DNA of 64,000 nucleotides from a bacterium. Its GTDB lineage: Bacteria > SM23-31. The stretch's first letter is position 1; every line of letters starts with the position of its first letter. The translations under genes were made by a program, and so were the position numbers. The notes beneath the pieces are model-generated. The model ran no database searches. It saw only the letters and a program-made list of their open reading frames with translations, and was not told the DNA's origin. The stretch is from the NCBI GenBank assembly GCA_965249485.1, contig OZ252239.1, positions 672,001 to 736,000 on the forward strand, read 5' to 3'. This document shows positions 21,054-31,377 of the stretch, in pieces.

Positions 21054-23864
21054 TTAAAAATGGAACTGCAAACCTGTCCAGACTTCGCGGGGCAATTGGA
21101 AGAGTGATTTTAATTTGATGAAATCGGAAAGAAAATTATTGTAGGCGGCCTCCTGCTCACTTTCGTCAAGCACTCCATCATTATTCAGATCTGCTACGGG
21201 GTTGTAAAGTAATTCAGGAGGTGTTTCTCCATTTTCTGTCCAGATGGTACGAGAATCGATAATTTCCGCAGAAAAGAGTGGGCTACCGGTGCGGGAATAA
21301 TTTGCAATGGGCTCTACTCTGTTAATTAAATTTTTAATATCGAGAAAAAACGTAAAGTTTGATAATCGGTTAGAAATATATTTTTGGAGCCGGATGTTTG
21401 TGTTAAAAAACCAAGGATATCTATTTGAATTAATTCCATTGTTCAATAATCCTGCTAAAGCAGTGTTCGTATATGGAGTACCCGATTCTGCAAATCCAGT
21501 AAGATTTGCAGTGACATTCTGCAAGGGCTTCATTCCGAACAGACTTGGTCCACTGTTTTCTGGAATTACATAATTGAATACTGCTCTGAAACTGTGGCGT
21601 CGATCGAATGGAAGTGGGAAAAATCCCTGTTCTGAATCGGTTTGCAGTAATTGCTGCGTTGCAAGAATGCCATTCAAATCGTTCAGTGTTCCTAGGAGAT
21701 TTCTTTCTACCTGATACGGTGAAATATACATATACGATCCACGGGCAGAGGAAATTGTATACGATGCCCGCATTCCGAAATGCAGCCCAAGGTTTTTTAC
21801 GAAGTTAAGTTCAAGACCCATCGTTTTCCCTACACCAATATCATCATATTTCGGAGCAATATCGGTGCTACTAATGGTCGTGTTGGCTACTTCAATCTGA
21901 TGCAGTGTTTTATAAAAGCCGGTAGCACTTATTTGAGTTTGGTCCGAAACAGAATAGTGTAACCCAGCTTCATATACAATGCTTTTTTGCGGATCGAGCG
22001 TCGGATTTCCGGTTAAACTTTCTGTTGCCGGACGGAAAAGATTTTGGCCGTTGCGTGAATAAAGTCCATGAAACGTAGGCAATTGAAAATGCCAGCCGAA
22101 ATTTGCATGGGTAATAAGCTTGTTCCGGAATTCATAAGAAATTCCTGCTCTCGGGCTTAACCGTAGTTTTTGATTGCCTATCTGGGTTAAATTATGCGGA
22201 CTGTACAACGAATAGTCTGTCCGGGGATCGAAGAAATGCAGCCTGAATCCGGTATCGACAAAGAATTTTCCAATATTGATTGAACTGCCAGTATAGGCAC
22301 TGATGTCATATGGTTCGTTTTCATATGCATCCAGTTCATTTGCGGCACTGACAACGGAACTGCTGGTAAATCGCCCTTTTGCTTTGTAAAGCTTTGACTC
22401 AATTCCTGCGCGAAATTGCAGATAATCCCTAAACTGGGAAACGACCTTTAATTTTGCACCGAAATACTGTGACCGGGTTGCCCAATACGAATCCAACTGG
22501 CCGTTGCTGATGAAAACATTATTGACACCGTAAGGATTGTCAGTTCCTATCTCAAACTGAACATCTTTGTCCAGGAGGGGCTGAACATCGTAATCAAGAG
22601 ACCAAAAACTTTCACCACTTTCATTCGCAAGTCCCCGTTCCGTCTGAGAATCAACCATTTCAACTGTGGCTTCATAAAATAGACGTTGAGAGAGAGAATG
22701 AGTAAACCGGATATAACCGAATGCGTTCTGCCTGATAAATGACGGAAGAGCATTGCTAAAAGAATTGTACCGCCATAACCAGGAATCTTCCTCTTGATTC
22801 AATCTGCCGAACAGACCTGCGGCAGTGATTTTCATGTTCGGATTGATTTGGTGAACGGCTTTACCGAAAAAGCCGTATTGTGTCAGTCTGTTATGCTGGT
22901 AATCGGTAATATTATTGCCGGCCGGATCACGTACATCGAGTCCCGGAGTCCTGTTCGACTGAGCATTAAATTTTCCTGAAATGAATAGGCTTATATCCTT
23001 TTTAAAAATAAGAACCGGACCGCCGGCAGCAAATTCAACAATTTTCTCTCCCCGTGGGTTGAGTTTGAAATCGCCGTTTTCACCGTTTAGGGCCGAAATA
23101 GAATTTTTTAATCGGATATCTCCGGTCCAGGTATCGCCGCCCTCTTTTGTTATGAGGTTGACAACTCCGGACATTACATTTCCATATTCAGCATTAAATC
23201 CCCCCGTTTTGACCTGAATTTCCTTGAGTGATAAATTGTTCAAGAACGATTCGTATGACAGTCCTCCAAAAAGGGGGTCACGAGTGGAGATACCATCGAT
23301 TTGGAAGTCGATATCTGATGGTCTCCCTCCTCTGATGGTGTTATCCCTGCCAATTCCCGGAATAGTAGCGATAATATCGGTCGGAGTTTCGCCGAAGCTA
23401 TTTAAAATTTCGTCTTCAAACAGAATATGATTTGTCCCGGAAGCATACTTTCCGATACCGCTTCGCTGCGCTGTAACCACAACTTCATTTCCTAACTCAA
23501 GAGTAGTCGGATTCAGTTCGATATCTACACTTGTAGCAAGGCCGGCGCTTACCCAGATATTTGTAACTTTGACGGTTGTATATCCTATGAAGCTTGTAGA
23601 AAGCTCATGAAGCCCGACAGGTACACCCAGCACAAAATATTCGCCCTTGAAATTCGTTGATGAGCCGAGTAAACTGTTATCCAGAATAATATTTACACTT
23701 GGGAGGAGATCTCCGGTTTTAGCATCAACGACCCTGCCTATAATTTTACCGTACGTTTGTCCGTACGCTGCATTCGAAATACCATCCGACCAAAGGCTCC
23801 CGATGAGCAGAGTAAAAAATACCAATCCGAATAAGATTTGAGATTTATCTCTGAGTGAGTACAT
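21054..23864 (-). CDS. TonB-dependent receptor with N-terminal carboxypeptidase-like domain
   Basis: Signal peptide, GKIIGRVVDAKTG domain, plug (IRGGR...IDGI...GGFNAEYG..MSGVVN), barrel ending in an aromatic residue. Start at ATG 23864; GTG 23957 is an alternative. Confidence 0.88.
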   Translation of the reverse strand: MYSLRDKSQILFGLVFFTLLIGSLWSDGISNAAYGQTYGKIIGRVVDAKTGDLLPSVNIILDNSLLGSSTNFKGEYFVLGVPVGLHELSTSFIGYTTVKVTNIWVSAGLATSVDIELNPTTLELGNEVVVTAQRSGIGKYASGTNHILFEDEILNSFGETPTDIIATIPGIGRDNTIRGGRPSDIDFQIDGISTRDPLFGGLSYESFLNNLSLKEIQVKTGGFNAEYGNVMSGVVNLITKEGGDTWTGDIRLKNSISALNGENGDFKLNPRGEKIVEFAAGGPVLIFKKDISLFISGKFNAQSNRTPGLDVRDPAGNNITDYQHNRLTQYGFFGKAVHQINPNMKITAAGLFGRLNQEEDSWLWRYNSFSNALPSFIRQNAFGYIRFTHSLSQRLFYEATVEMVDSQTERGLANESGESFWSLDYDVQPLLDKDVQFEIGTDNPYGVNNVFISNGQLDSYWATRSQYFGAKLKVVSQFRDYLQFRAGIESKLYKAKGRFTSSSVVSAANELDAYENEPYDISAYTGSSINIGKFFVDTGFRLHFFDPRTDYSLYSPHNLTQIGNQKLRLSPRAGISYEFRNKLITHANFGWHFQLPTFHGLYSRNGQNLFRPATESLTGNPTLDPQKSIVYEAGLHYSVSDQTQISATGFYKTLHQIEVANTTISSTDIAPKYDDIGVGKTMGLELNFVKNLGLHFGMRASYTISSARGSYMYISPYQVERNLLGTLNDLNGILATQQLLQTDSEQGFFPLPFDRRHSFRAVFNYVIPENSGPSLFGMKPLQNVTANLTGFAESGTPYTNTALAGLLNNGINSNRYPWFFNTNIRLQKYISNRLSNFTFFLDIKNLINRVEPIANYSRTGSPLFSAEIIDSRTIWTENGETPPELLYNPVADLNNDGVLDESEQEAAYNNFLSDFIKLKSLFQLPREVWTGLQFHF

Positions 23865-23982
23865 TATGTTTGGTACTGGTCTACAATGAGTGTAATGCTC
23901 TATCAAGAATGCATCAATGTCTGCAAAACTCTGCTTGCTACAGGCGCATCCCCGCACTCAATTATTAGAGTATTATAAAATG

Positions 23983-23998
23983 AGCAAACATTGTGCCA
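23983..23998 (-). promoter_or_regulatory. sigma54 -24/-12 promoter of the TonB-dependent receptor
   Basis: TGGCAC-AATGT-TTGCT exact consensus; palindrome GTGCAA-N4-TTGCAC at 24083-24098 upstream. Confidence 0.7.
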
Positions 23999-24270
23999 TG
24001 CTTAATCTAGCATATGGTAAGGACATAAACTTAATAATAACAGTTGTTTACTATTTTGTCTTGTGTGCGTTATTTCGTTAAGGTGCAACTCCTTGCACGG
24101 CAGGAAAATGCAGTGTACTATGATGATTGTTAAACATCAAAGCATAAAGTATATAATACTCGGAAGACATTCACTTATTCAAAATTAAATTGAATTGGTG
24201 AATAAATACATTGCATTTAGATAAAGAGTGTGTAATTTTTATGAGACTTATCTCATTCCAAGTAACGTGC

Positions 24271-25503
24271 ATGAGCAAGAAACGATTGAATTCACACAAA
24301 CGGTTTAAAATAGGTCCCGGCCTGATTGTAACAGCTGCGTTTATTGGGCCAGGAACAGTGACAACCTGTACACTTGCTGGAGCCAGTTACGGCTATTCAC
24401 TCCTCTGGGCAATCATATTTGCCGTTATCGCAACATATGTCCTTCAGGAGATGAGCGGACGTGTAGGACTTGCCGGAAAAACTGGTCTCGGTGAAGCGAT
24501 TTATAATGAGTTAACAGGTAAAACGGCTCGAATTTTTGGCATTGTCATGATTGTTGTCGCTGTAGGTATAGGCAATGCGACACTTCAGACAGGAAATATT
24601 CTGGGCGCAAGCCTCGGCCTTAGTGCTCTAACGGGTATACCTGATACGGTGTGGCCGCTTATTGTCGGAGGCTGTGCGTTTGTGCTTCTTTGGTTCGGGA
24701 CATATAAATCACTTGAAAAAATATTTATCGGAATTGTTGTTTTGATGAGCTGCTGTTTCATTATAACCGCGGCTGTTATTCGGCCCGATTTTTCGAGTAT
24801 TCTTCGGGGTGCCTTCGTACCCAGGCTCACCGATTCAAACTTCTATATAGCACTTGGTCTTGTTGGAACAACTATTGTTCCATACAACTTTTTTATATAT
24901 GCATCCGCCGTGCAACAAAAGTGGGGCGGAGTCGAATCAATAAAATCAGCACGGCTCGACATGTTAATTGCGGTTTGCATTGGCGGATTAATATCGATGG
25001 CTATTATTATTACATCATCGGCGGCATTTTATGGTTCAGGGACTTCCATTTCGAGCGCAGGTGATATGGCGCTACAGCTTGAACCGCTCCTCGGTACCTG
25101 GGCACGTGCAGCGGTAGCGCTCGGTCTTTTTGGAGCGGGTATGTCATCGGCAACAACGGCACCGCTCGGTGCAGCGATTGCTATCACAGGCGTGTTTCGG
25201 TGGGAACAGAATATGAAGTCTTTTCGCTTCCGGGCCGTTTGGTGTTCAGTACTGGCTACAGGTGTACTGTTTGCTTCAATCGGATTGCAACCGGTTCCGG
25301 CTATTATTTTTGCTCAGGCTGCAAACGGTGTACTGATTCCAGTAGTTTCTCTGTTTTTACTCTACGTAGTTAATAAAAAGCGGCTGCTTGGTAGGCACAT
25401 TAATTCTACAATGGGTAATACAATTGCCGGTGTGATCCTTCTGATTACTCTTGTGCTCGCTGCGAGAGGTGTAATGCGGCTTGTAGATTTTATTGGTTTC
25501 TAA
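24271..25503 (+). CDS. Nramp-related (YcsG-like) transporter
   Basis: IGPGLIVTAAFIGPGT, GY.LLW, QEMSGR, GTTIVPYN; about 11 hydrophobic segments. Start uncertain (24211-24271). Confidence 0.85.
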   Translation: MSKKRLNSHKRFKIGPGLIVTAAFIGPGTVTTCTLAGASYGYSLLWAIIFAVIATYVLQEMSGRVGLAGKTGLGEAIYNELTGKTARIFGIVMIVVAVGIGNATLQTGNILGASLGLSALTGIPDTVWPLIVGGCAFVLLWFGTYKSLEKIFIGIVVLMSCCFIITAAVIRPDFSSILRGAFVPRLTDSNFYIALGLVGTTIVPYNFFIYASAVQQKWGGVESIKSARLDMLIAVCIGGLISMAIIITSSAAFYGSGTSISSAGDMALQLEPLLGTWARAAVALGLFGAGMSSATTAPLGAAIAITGVFRWEQNMKSFRFRAVWCSVLATGVLFASIGLQPVPAIIFAQAANGVLIPVVSLFLLYVVNKKRLLGRHINSTMGNTIAGVILLITLVLAARGVMRLVDFIGF

Positions 25504-25543
25504 AGCAATATCACTTTCAACATGGAAACATTACATTTCTGAA

Positions 25544-26458
25544 TCAATTGCCGCATTTTCCATTGCTTTTCATGCAGTAGTGGTAGCACTCGGTATGGGT
25601 AAGTGCCACAGAATCGTCAAGTGAGCGCTCAAGACTCTGCCCCATTTCGAACTGGGGATCGTAAAGAATGGGACAGGGTAAGACCATTTTTTTATTGCCT
25701 ATTTTCTGTATTGACCGCCCGTTATAACACTGCGGCAGCATATTTTCCGGTGTGTTATCAATCTCTGTTTGCGTAATCTTAACAAAATCGTGTTTCGCTT
25801 CGGCCCTCTTGGTCTGGGCTCCCATTTCAAGTATCGCAGGAATGACTTTTACAGAAACAGAAATTCCCTCTTTGAAGAAAAGATCCCGATAGATTCGCCT
25901 GACTTGCGTTTCGGTTAGGGTTGTGCCCCGGTAAACTTCTGCCGTCGGTGTAATGATGATATTTTCAAAGCCGGCATCCGTGAGCTGTCTGACAGTTTCG
26001 AATGTTTCGTTGAATTTACCACTGCCGCGAATGAGATCGTGGCGTGCAGCTTGATAATGGTCGAGGCTAATACGAAGTGATAGTTCATGCGGTATAGATT
26101 TGTCTAGTTCAATAATACTGTCAATATGTTTCCTAAGCAGTTTTGTCCCGTTGGTCAGAATCGTTGTGTTAGCAATGGGTAATGCGGATTCTATCATCTG
26201 TATAATTTCTTTATTAATAAACGGTTCGCCACCGGTAAAGTAAATCTGCTCAACGCCATAATTTGCTGCGGTTTTTAGTTCTTCTACAATATCATCGTGA
26301 GTCAGTTGATTGATGAAATCGTTTTTAGGATTACTATCGACATAACAGTGGATGCAGGAAAGATTGCATCGGCTGCCCGTGTTGATCCACAGCTCATCTA
26401 TTTTTTTTCTTCCGTTATTTTGCTTAAAGGAAATTTTTCCAAAATTATTCGTATTCAT
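25544..26458 (-). CDS. Radical SAM protein, ArsS-related
   Basis: CNLSCIHC (CX3CX2C), FTGGEP, LTNG, Cys-rich C-terminus. ATG overlaps the arsM stop (TGATG). Confidence 0.88.
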   Translation of the reverse strand: MNTNNFGKISFKQNNGRKKIDELWINTGSRCNLSCIHCYVDSNPKNDFINQLTHDDIVEELKTAANYGVEQIYFTGGEPFINKEIIQMIESALPIANTTILTNGTKLLRKHIDSIIELDKSIPHELSLRISLDHYQAARHDLIRGSGKFNETFETVRQLTDAGFENIIITPTAEVYRGTTLTETQVRRIYRDLFFKEGISVSVKVIPAILEMGAQTKRAEAKHDFVKITQTEIDNTPENMLPQCYNGRSIQKIGNKKMVLPCPILYDPQFEMGQSLERSLDDSVALTHTECYHYCMKSNGKCGN

Positions 26459-27603
26459 CAACAACAGGCTCCTATTTGTTCATCATCGTTTTCAATGTTT
26501 TGTGAAGATGGCTCATCTCCACAAGGAAAAATGCCGAAATGGCTGCCCGGTTCAGACACAGTAAAAAAGTTATTCAACCGTGTGTCCTTCAGCATCCGTG
26601 CCGTATTTCTACACACTTTTTCCGGTTTATTCCGTTCGAACACATGGTGGTCGTCAAGTGTGAACCGTGCCGGGCTGTCCGGAAGATACCCATTATAAAT
26701 GGCAGTTTGTCCGTAATCCTCACATTGATTATCCACAGGAGGCAAATGCCGTGTGGTCGGCGATGTTTCTGGTTCGGTAATTTTAAATGCTCTGATCTCA
26801 GCACTGTATACACCCACGGGGTAACCCTCTACTTCGTCTTTGAATTTTGTCTGCTTTACAATTCTCGGATCTGAAAATCCAGTATATTTCATAATTACCA
26901 TCAGGTCATCTATATAGAGTGCCCCGCCGACACATTCGCCAAGCAGACGGGCGAAAAGCTGTGGGTCCTCAAAGAGATCGAGCGGCAGCCGCCTGTCGAG
27001 AACAATATCGGAGAAATAGAGTTCGCCGCCTTCTTTGAGTTTACTAAAGACCGCTTCAAATACTTTTTCTTTCTTGGGCGACAGGTTGATCACACAATTC
27101 GAAACAACGAGGTCGAGGCTGTTGTTTTCAATCGATGAACCTAATTCAATATAATCTTGATGGAAATCAACATTCGATTTGGGATAGTTAAATGCTTTCA
27201 TGACCGCCGGTTTGAAAGATTCTGCACGGTTAAGCTGATCATCAGCCATATCGATACCGATAACAGAGCCGCCGGGGCCGACAAGATGGGCAAGAGTAAA
27301 ACAGTCGACACCCGAACCACATCCCCAATCTGCAACCGTGAGTCCGCTTAAGTCATCTCGTGGGATAGTTGTTCCACAGCCATAGTTGTGCTGTAGCAGC
27401 GTATCGGGTAGCAATTCATAGATTGAGGTAAGCCGGCCATCACTGGGGATACAGCATGCACCCTGTTCAAAATCATCATTTGTCTTTATTACCTTTTCAT
27501 AAAAGTGTTTGACAAAAGTCCGGATTTCCTCAGCCTTCTGTACTACTCCGTTGCTGTTTTTTTTAAACAACTCTACTGTATCTAATTCTAATTTCTTCTG
27601 CAT
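26458..27603 (-). CDS. arsM: Arsenite S-adenosylmethionine methyltransferase, long AS3MT-like form
   Basis: ACC, YGCG, DWGCGSG, SNCVINL, GECVGGAL, C-terminal CEDYGQ...LDDHHVF...VC.NTA domain, terminal ACC. Confidence 0.85.
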   Translation of the reverse strand: MQKKLELDTVELFKKNSNGVVQKAEEIRTFVKHFYEKVIKTNDDFEQGACCIPSDGRLTSIYELLPDTLLQHNYGCGTTIPRDDLSGLTVADWGCGSGVDCFTLAHLVGPGGSVIGIDMADDQLNRAESFKPAVMKAFNYPKSNVDFHQDYIELGSSIENNSLDLVVSNCVINLSPKKEKVFEAVFSKLKEGGELYFSDIVLDRRLPLDLFEDPQLFARLLGECVGGALYIDDLMVIMKYTGFSDPRIVKQTKFKDEVEGYPVGVYSAEIRAFKITEPETSPTTRHLPPVDNQCEDYGQTAIYNGYLPDSPARFTLDDHHVFERNKPEKVCRNTARMLKDTRLNNFFTVSEPGSHFGIFPCGDEPSSQNIENDDEQIGACC

Positions 27604-27842
27604 ACCACATACTCCAAAAATCTTGTTACTATGTCAATGGAAAAACCGGGAATCTAATGAATGAATCATATGAAGGAGTCGACGTTTATATAATTCATAA
27701 AGCAATATTTAAAAAGATGAGAAAATCAACTATAACAGTACAAGAACAAAATTTACTTCCGTTTGGTTTCCAAAAATTTTACTATGTTAACACTTTTTAG
27801 AAAAAGAACCAAAGAATTTTAAAATAAGTTTCAAAAATAATA

Positions 27843-27884
27843 AAACCATACAAAAACAAGGTTTGCCCCTGTTTCTGTATGGTT
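27843..27884 (-). terminator. Hairpin terminator after the DUF59 gene
   Basis: AACCATACAAAAACAAGG...CCCTGTTTCTGTATGGTT inverted repeat, T-rich downstream on the minus strand. Confidence 0.55.
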
Positions 27885-27910
27885 AAATAGTTGTGGTAAT
27901 ACTCAAATTA

Positions 27911-28210
27911 TCAGGCGAATCCGAGCCGTTTTCTGGCCTCTTCGCTCATTCTTTCAGGTGTCCACGGTGGATCCCAAACGAGATTTATTCGCGCTTCTGC
28001 TACCTCTTCGATACTTTCGACTTTTAACTTCGCGTCCTGAGCTATAGACGCAGCCATACCACATCCCGGTGTCGTCAATGTCATATTGATATCGACAATA
28101 TCATCGTTGATTGCAACATCATATATTAATCCAAGCTCAACGATGCTCATTGGGATTTCCGGATCGAAACACTGACCGAGCGCTTCCATTATCTGTTCTT
28201 TATTTACCAT
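27911..28210 (-). CDS. Fe-S cluster assembly factor, DUF59/SufT/PaaD-like
   Basis: DPEI..SIVELGLIY, MTLTTPGC, VWDPPWTP. Confidence 0.92.
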   Translation of the reverse strand: MVNKEQIMEALGQCFDPEIPMSIVELGLIYDVAINDDIVDINMTLTTPGCGMAASIAQDAKLKVESIEEVAEARINLVWDPPWTPERMSEEARKRLGFA

Positions 28211-28542
28211 TTTTTCTCCTTAAAATAGTTCCCCTTAATGCATACAAAATAAATGATTTCATTTGCAAATGCAACTGTTTCATTGCAAAACATTACAATA
28301 TGCGGTAATAACATTCCATATTCATTCTTGCTATTGTTCATGTTTTTCAATACATTACACTGCTCTTACCTACTGTAAAATGAGCGATGAAACAAAGAAT
28401 AATGTATGTTGCCCGGCAGATTTTTTTCGGTGATTCCAATAGGAATAGCAGATTGAATTCATGCTGACAACATGAGCATAGATTGGGAATTCTTTGGGAT
28501 GTATTATAACGGGCACCAACTATGAATAAGCACTATTAAACA

Positions 28543-30246
28543 ATGAAAAAAGAGTGGATATTCCCCGAAACGATCGCAGATATTGAAGCAGTCCGGCTGG
28601 CCGAGGAATTAAACATACCGAAAATTGTCGCTGATATACTGGTAAAGCGCAACATCAAAACCGGCAGTGAAGCGAAGCAGTTCTTTAAACCGAAAATGTC
28701 CGACCTCTACGATCCCTTCCTCCTGAAGAATATGAAAACCGCGGTCGACAGAATTCAGGAAGCGTTGATCAACAAAGAAAAAATTCTCATCTACGGTGAT
28801 TACGATGTCGATGGGATTACTTCCTGTTCACTCCTCTATCTCTATTTCAAAGAATTGACCGACCGTGTCGGCTATTTTATTCCTGAGCGGTTGAAAGAGG
28901 GGTATGGATTTTCAGTAAGCGGAGTTGAAGAAGCAAAAAATAAGGATGTCACACTAATTATCACCGTTGACTGTGGCATTACTGCTGTTGATGAAATTGC
29001 ATTGGCGCTGGAATACGGAATAGATGTTATCGTAACCGATCACCATCAGCCCGGCAATGCAATTCCGAAAGCGTTTGCAATTATAAATCCGATGCAGGAA
29101 GACTGTCCCTATCCGTTCAAAGGTCTTGCGGGCGTGGGTGTTGCATTTAAATTGATTCACGCTCTTGACCAGACAATTGGCAGAGATGCAAAACACCTAA
29201 TTAACTATACAGATCTTGTCGCTATTGGCAGTTCGGCAGATGTTGTGCCCCTCGTTGACGAAAACCGCATATTAGTCAGAGCGGGTCTTGAGCGGATAAA
29301 TGAACGGCACAATATAGGATTGAATGCCCTCCTGAGCGTTGCTTCTTTGAATAACAGTTTTATCGGCACTGGTCAGATTTTGTTCGGTATAGCTCCGAGA
29401 ATAAATGCGGTCGGCCGTCTTGGCAATGCAGACAGGGCTGTTGAATTATTTACCGTCAGCGATATGACACAGGCGTATGAAATAGCACAGGTGCTCGAAA
29501 AGGAAAACAAGCTTCGTAAAACGATTGAAGAAGAAACGTTTGAAAGTGCTTTTATGATCGCTGAAAAAGAATTTAATCCAGACTCCAACGAGCCTCTCGT
29601 CCTGTTTCAGAAAGGGTGGCATCCGGGTGTGATCGGCATAATTGCTTCTAGACTAGTCGACCATTTTTTCCGTCCTGTTGTTATGATTGCTGTCGAGGAT
29701 GGTATCGGAAAAGGATCGATACGGAGTGTGCCCGAATTTGATGTGTACAGCGCTCTGGACAGGTGTAGCGAATATCTGAAAGAATTCGGGGGTCACAAAT
29801 TTGCCGCAGGTCTCACTATTGAAGCAGAAAAAATCGATATGTTTAAACAGGCATTTCAGGAAAGTGTGAGCAATACAATAACCGAAGAAGCACTGGTGCC
29901 AAAGCTAAAAATCGATGCCAAAATTTCATTGAATCAAATCGATATGCGACTGCATGAAATTTTGCAGCATTTTGCTCCCTTTGGGCCTCAAAATACTAGG
30001 CCGATTTTTGTTGTTGAAGGTGCACAAGCAGTTAGGATCCCGGCAATCGTTGGTAAAAACCATTTAAAATTTAATGTCAGACACAATAATACCGTTATGC
30101 CGGCTATCGGATTTAAAATGGGTGGCTATATTGAAAGCATCGATGCAGGTGTTCCAAATCTCGAACTAGCTTTTGTCATCGACGAAAACGTCTGGAGAGG
30201 AACATCGACGCTGCAGCTTCAGCTCAAAGATATACGTGTTCACTAA
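28543..30246 (+). CDS. recJ: Single-stranded-DNA-specific exonuclease RecJ
   Basis: YGDYDVDG, TVDCG, TDHH, APRINAVGRL, GGHKFAAG. Confidence 0.97.
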   Translation: MKKEWIFPETIADIEAVRLAEELNIPKIVADILVKRNIKTGSEAKQFFKPKMSDLYDPFLLKNMKTAVDRIQEALINKEKILIYGDYDVDGITSCSLLYLYFKELTDRVGYFIPERLKEGYGFSVSGVEEAKNKDVTLIITVDCGITAVDEIALALEYGIDVIVTDHHQPGNAIPKAFAIINPMQEDCPYPFKGLAGVGVAFKLIHALDQTIGRDAKHLINYTDLVAIGSSADVVPLVDENRILVRAGLERINERHNIGLNALLSVASLNNSFIGTGQILFGIAPRINAVGRLGNADRAVELFTVSDMTQAYEIAQVLEKENKLRKTIEEETFESAFMIAEKEFNPDSNEPLVLFQKGWHPGVIGIIASRLVDHFFRPVVMIAVEDGIGKGSIRSVPEFDVYSALDRCSEYLKEFGGHKFAAGLTIEAEKIDMFKQAFQESVSNTITEEALVPKLKIDAKISLNQIDMRLHEILQHFAPFGPQNTRPIFVVEGAQAVRIPAIVGKNHLKFNVRHNNTVMPAIGFKMGGYIESIDAGVPNLELAFVIDENVWRGTSTLQLQLKDIRVH

Positions 30247-30357
30247 TATTTGGAGAATCACTCTTCCGAATCAAACACCAAGTATATTTGTTGCCGTACT
30301 TTATTCATATCGCGGTCAGCACAATTCAATGCTTATAATAATTCGAACACCTTTTCG

Positions 30358-31377
30358 ATGAATACCAACAATTCAAAATTGCATAAATCTACGAAAACTA
30401 TAGATCCCGGGCGTTATTTCAATGAGCTCTCCGAACGTATTAATAACGATTTAGCCGAAGCGGTAAAGGAAGATTTTCCACCGAATCTTTACGATCCTAT
30501 TCGCTATGTACTCGAATCAAGAGGGAAACGATTTCGGCCAGTAGTACTGCTGATGGCGTGTGAAGCTGTGGGTGGCTCAATCGAGCATGCTTATCACGCT
30601 TCTCTTGCAATCGAAATTCTGCATAACTTTACTCTTGTCCACGATGACATTATGGATAATGACGAGCTGCGCCGAGGACAGATGACCGTTCATAAAAAGT
30701 GGGATAGCAATATCGCCATTTTAGCGGGTGACGGACTTATTGCGCTCGCGTACCGTTTTTTGCTCGAAACAGAATCCGACCGGATCAAAAAAGTAATTCA
30801 GATATTCTCTGAAGCAATCATTAATGTTTGTGAAGGACAGTCGATCGATAAAGATTTCGAGCTTGAAAACGATGTGTCGATGGAGGCCTATATCGATATG
30901 ATCACCCGGAAAACAGCGGTGCTGATCTCTATTTCCGCCGAATTAGGAGGTCTGTTGGGTAATGGAACAAACCGAGAAGTGGAATTGCTTAAAAAATTCG
31001 GTTATGAACTAGGTATTGCCTTCCAGATTCAAGACGATCTGCTCGATATTATTTCGGATGAGGTAACATTTGGAAAAGATTTGGGAAGCGATATCACTGA
31101 AGGAAAAAAGACATTTCCGCTTATCGCATTTTCTGAGTGCGCTTCGCTTGAAGACGCCGGTTTTCTCAGAGAGACACTTTCCAACGGCAATGCCGGTGCA
31201 ACTGCAATCGAAAAAATCAAAACACTTCTGCACCATTATAACGTAGTTGAAAAAACACACCAGGAAGTAAATAAACACATCGATGCAGCATGTGCATATC
31301 TAAAAGAAGCGCCAGGATCATTCAAGGTCGAGCATCTCTTCTTTATTGCTGAAATGATCAGAAACAGAACGTTTTAG
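30358..31377 (+). CDS. Polyprenyl diphosphate synthase (GGPP-synthase-like)
   Basis: GKRFRP, HDDIMD (FARM), FQIQDDLLD (SARM), DITEGKKT. Start uncertain. Confidence 0.93.
   Translation: MNTNNSKLHKSTKTIDPGRYFNELSERINNDLAEAVKEDFPPNLYDPIRYVLESRGKRFRPVVLLMACEAVGGSIEHAYHASLAIEILHNFTLVHDDIMDNDELRRGQMTVHKKWDSNIAILAGDGLIALAYRFLLETESDRIKKVIQIFSEAIINVCEGQSIDKDFELENDVSMEAYIDMITRKTAVLISISAELGGLLGNGTNREVELLKKFGYELGIAFQIQDDLLDIISDEVTFGKDLGSDITEGKKTFPLIAFSECASLEDAGFLRETLSNGNAGATAIEKIKTLLHHYNVVEKTHQEVNKHIDAACAYLKEAPGSFKVEHLFFIAEMIRNRTF

Noticed and set aside
26729..26737. Perfect DnaA box TTATCCACA
   Set aside because: Single copy inside the arsM coding sequence; expected by chance.
28250..28290. TGCAA-N8-TTGCA and AATGATTTCATT as a Fur-family operator for the DUF59 gene
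   Set aside because: Weak match in an AT-rich divergent promoter; overlapping -35 elements could explain it.
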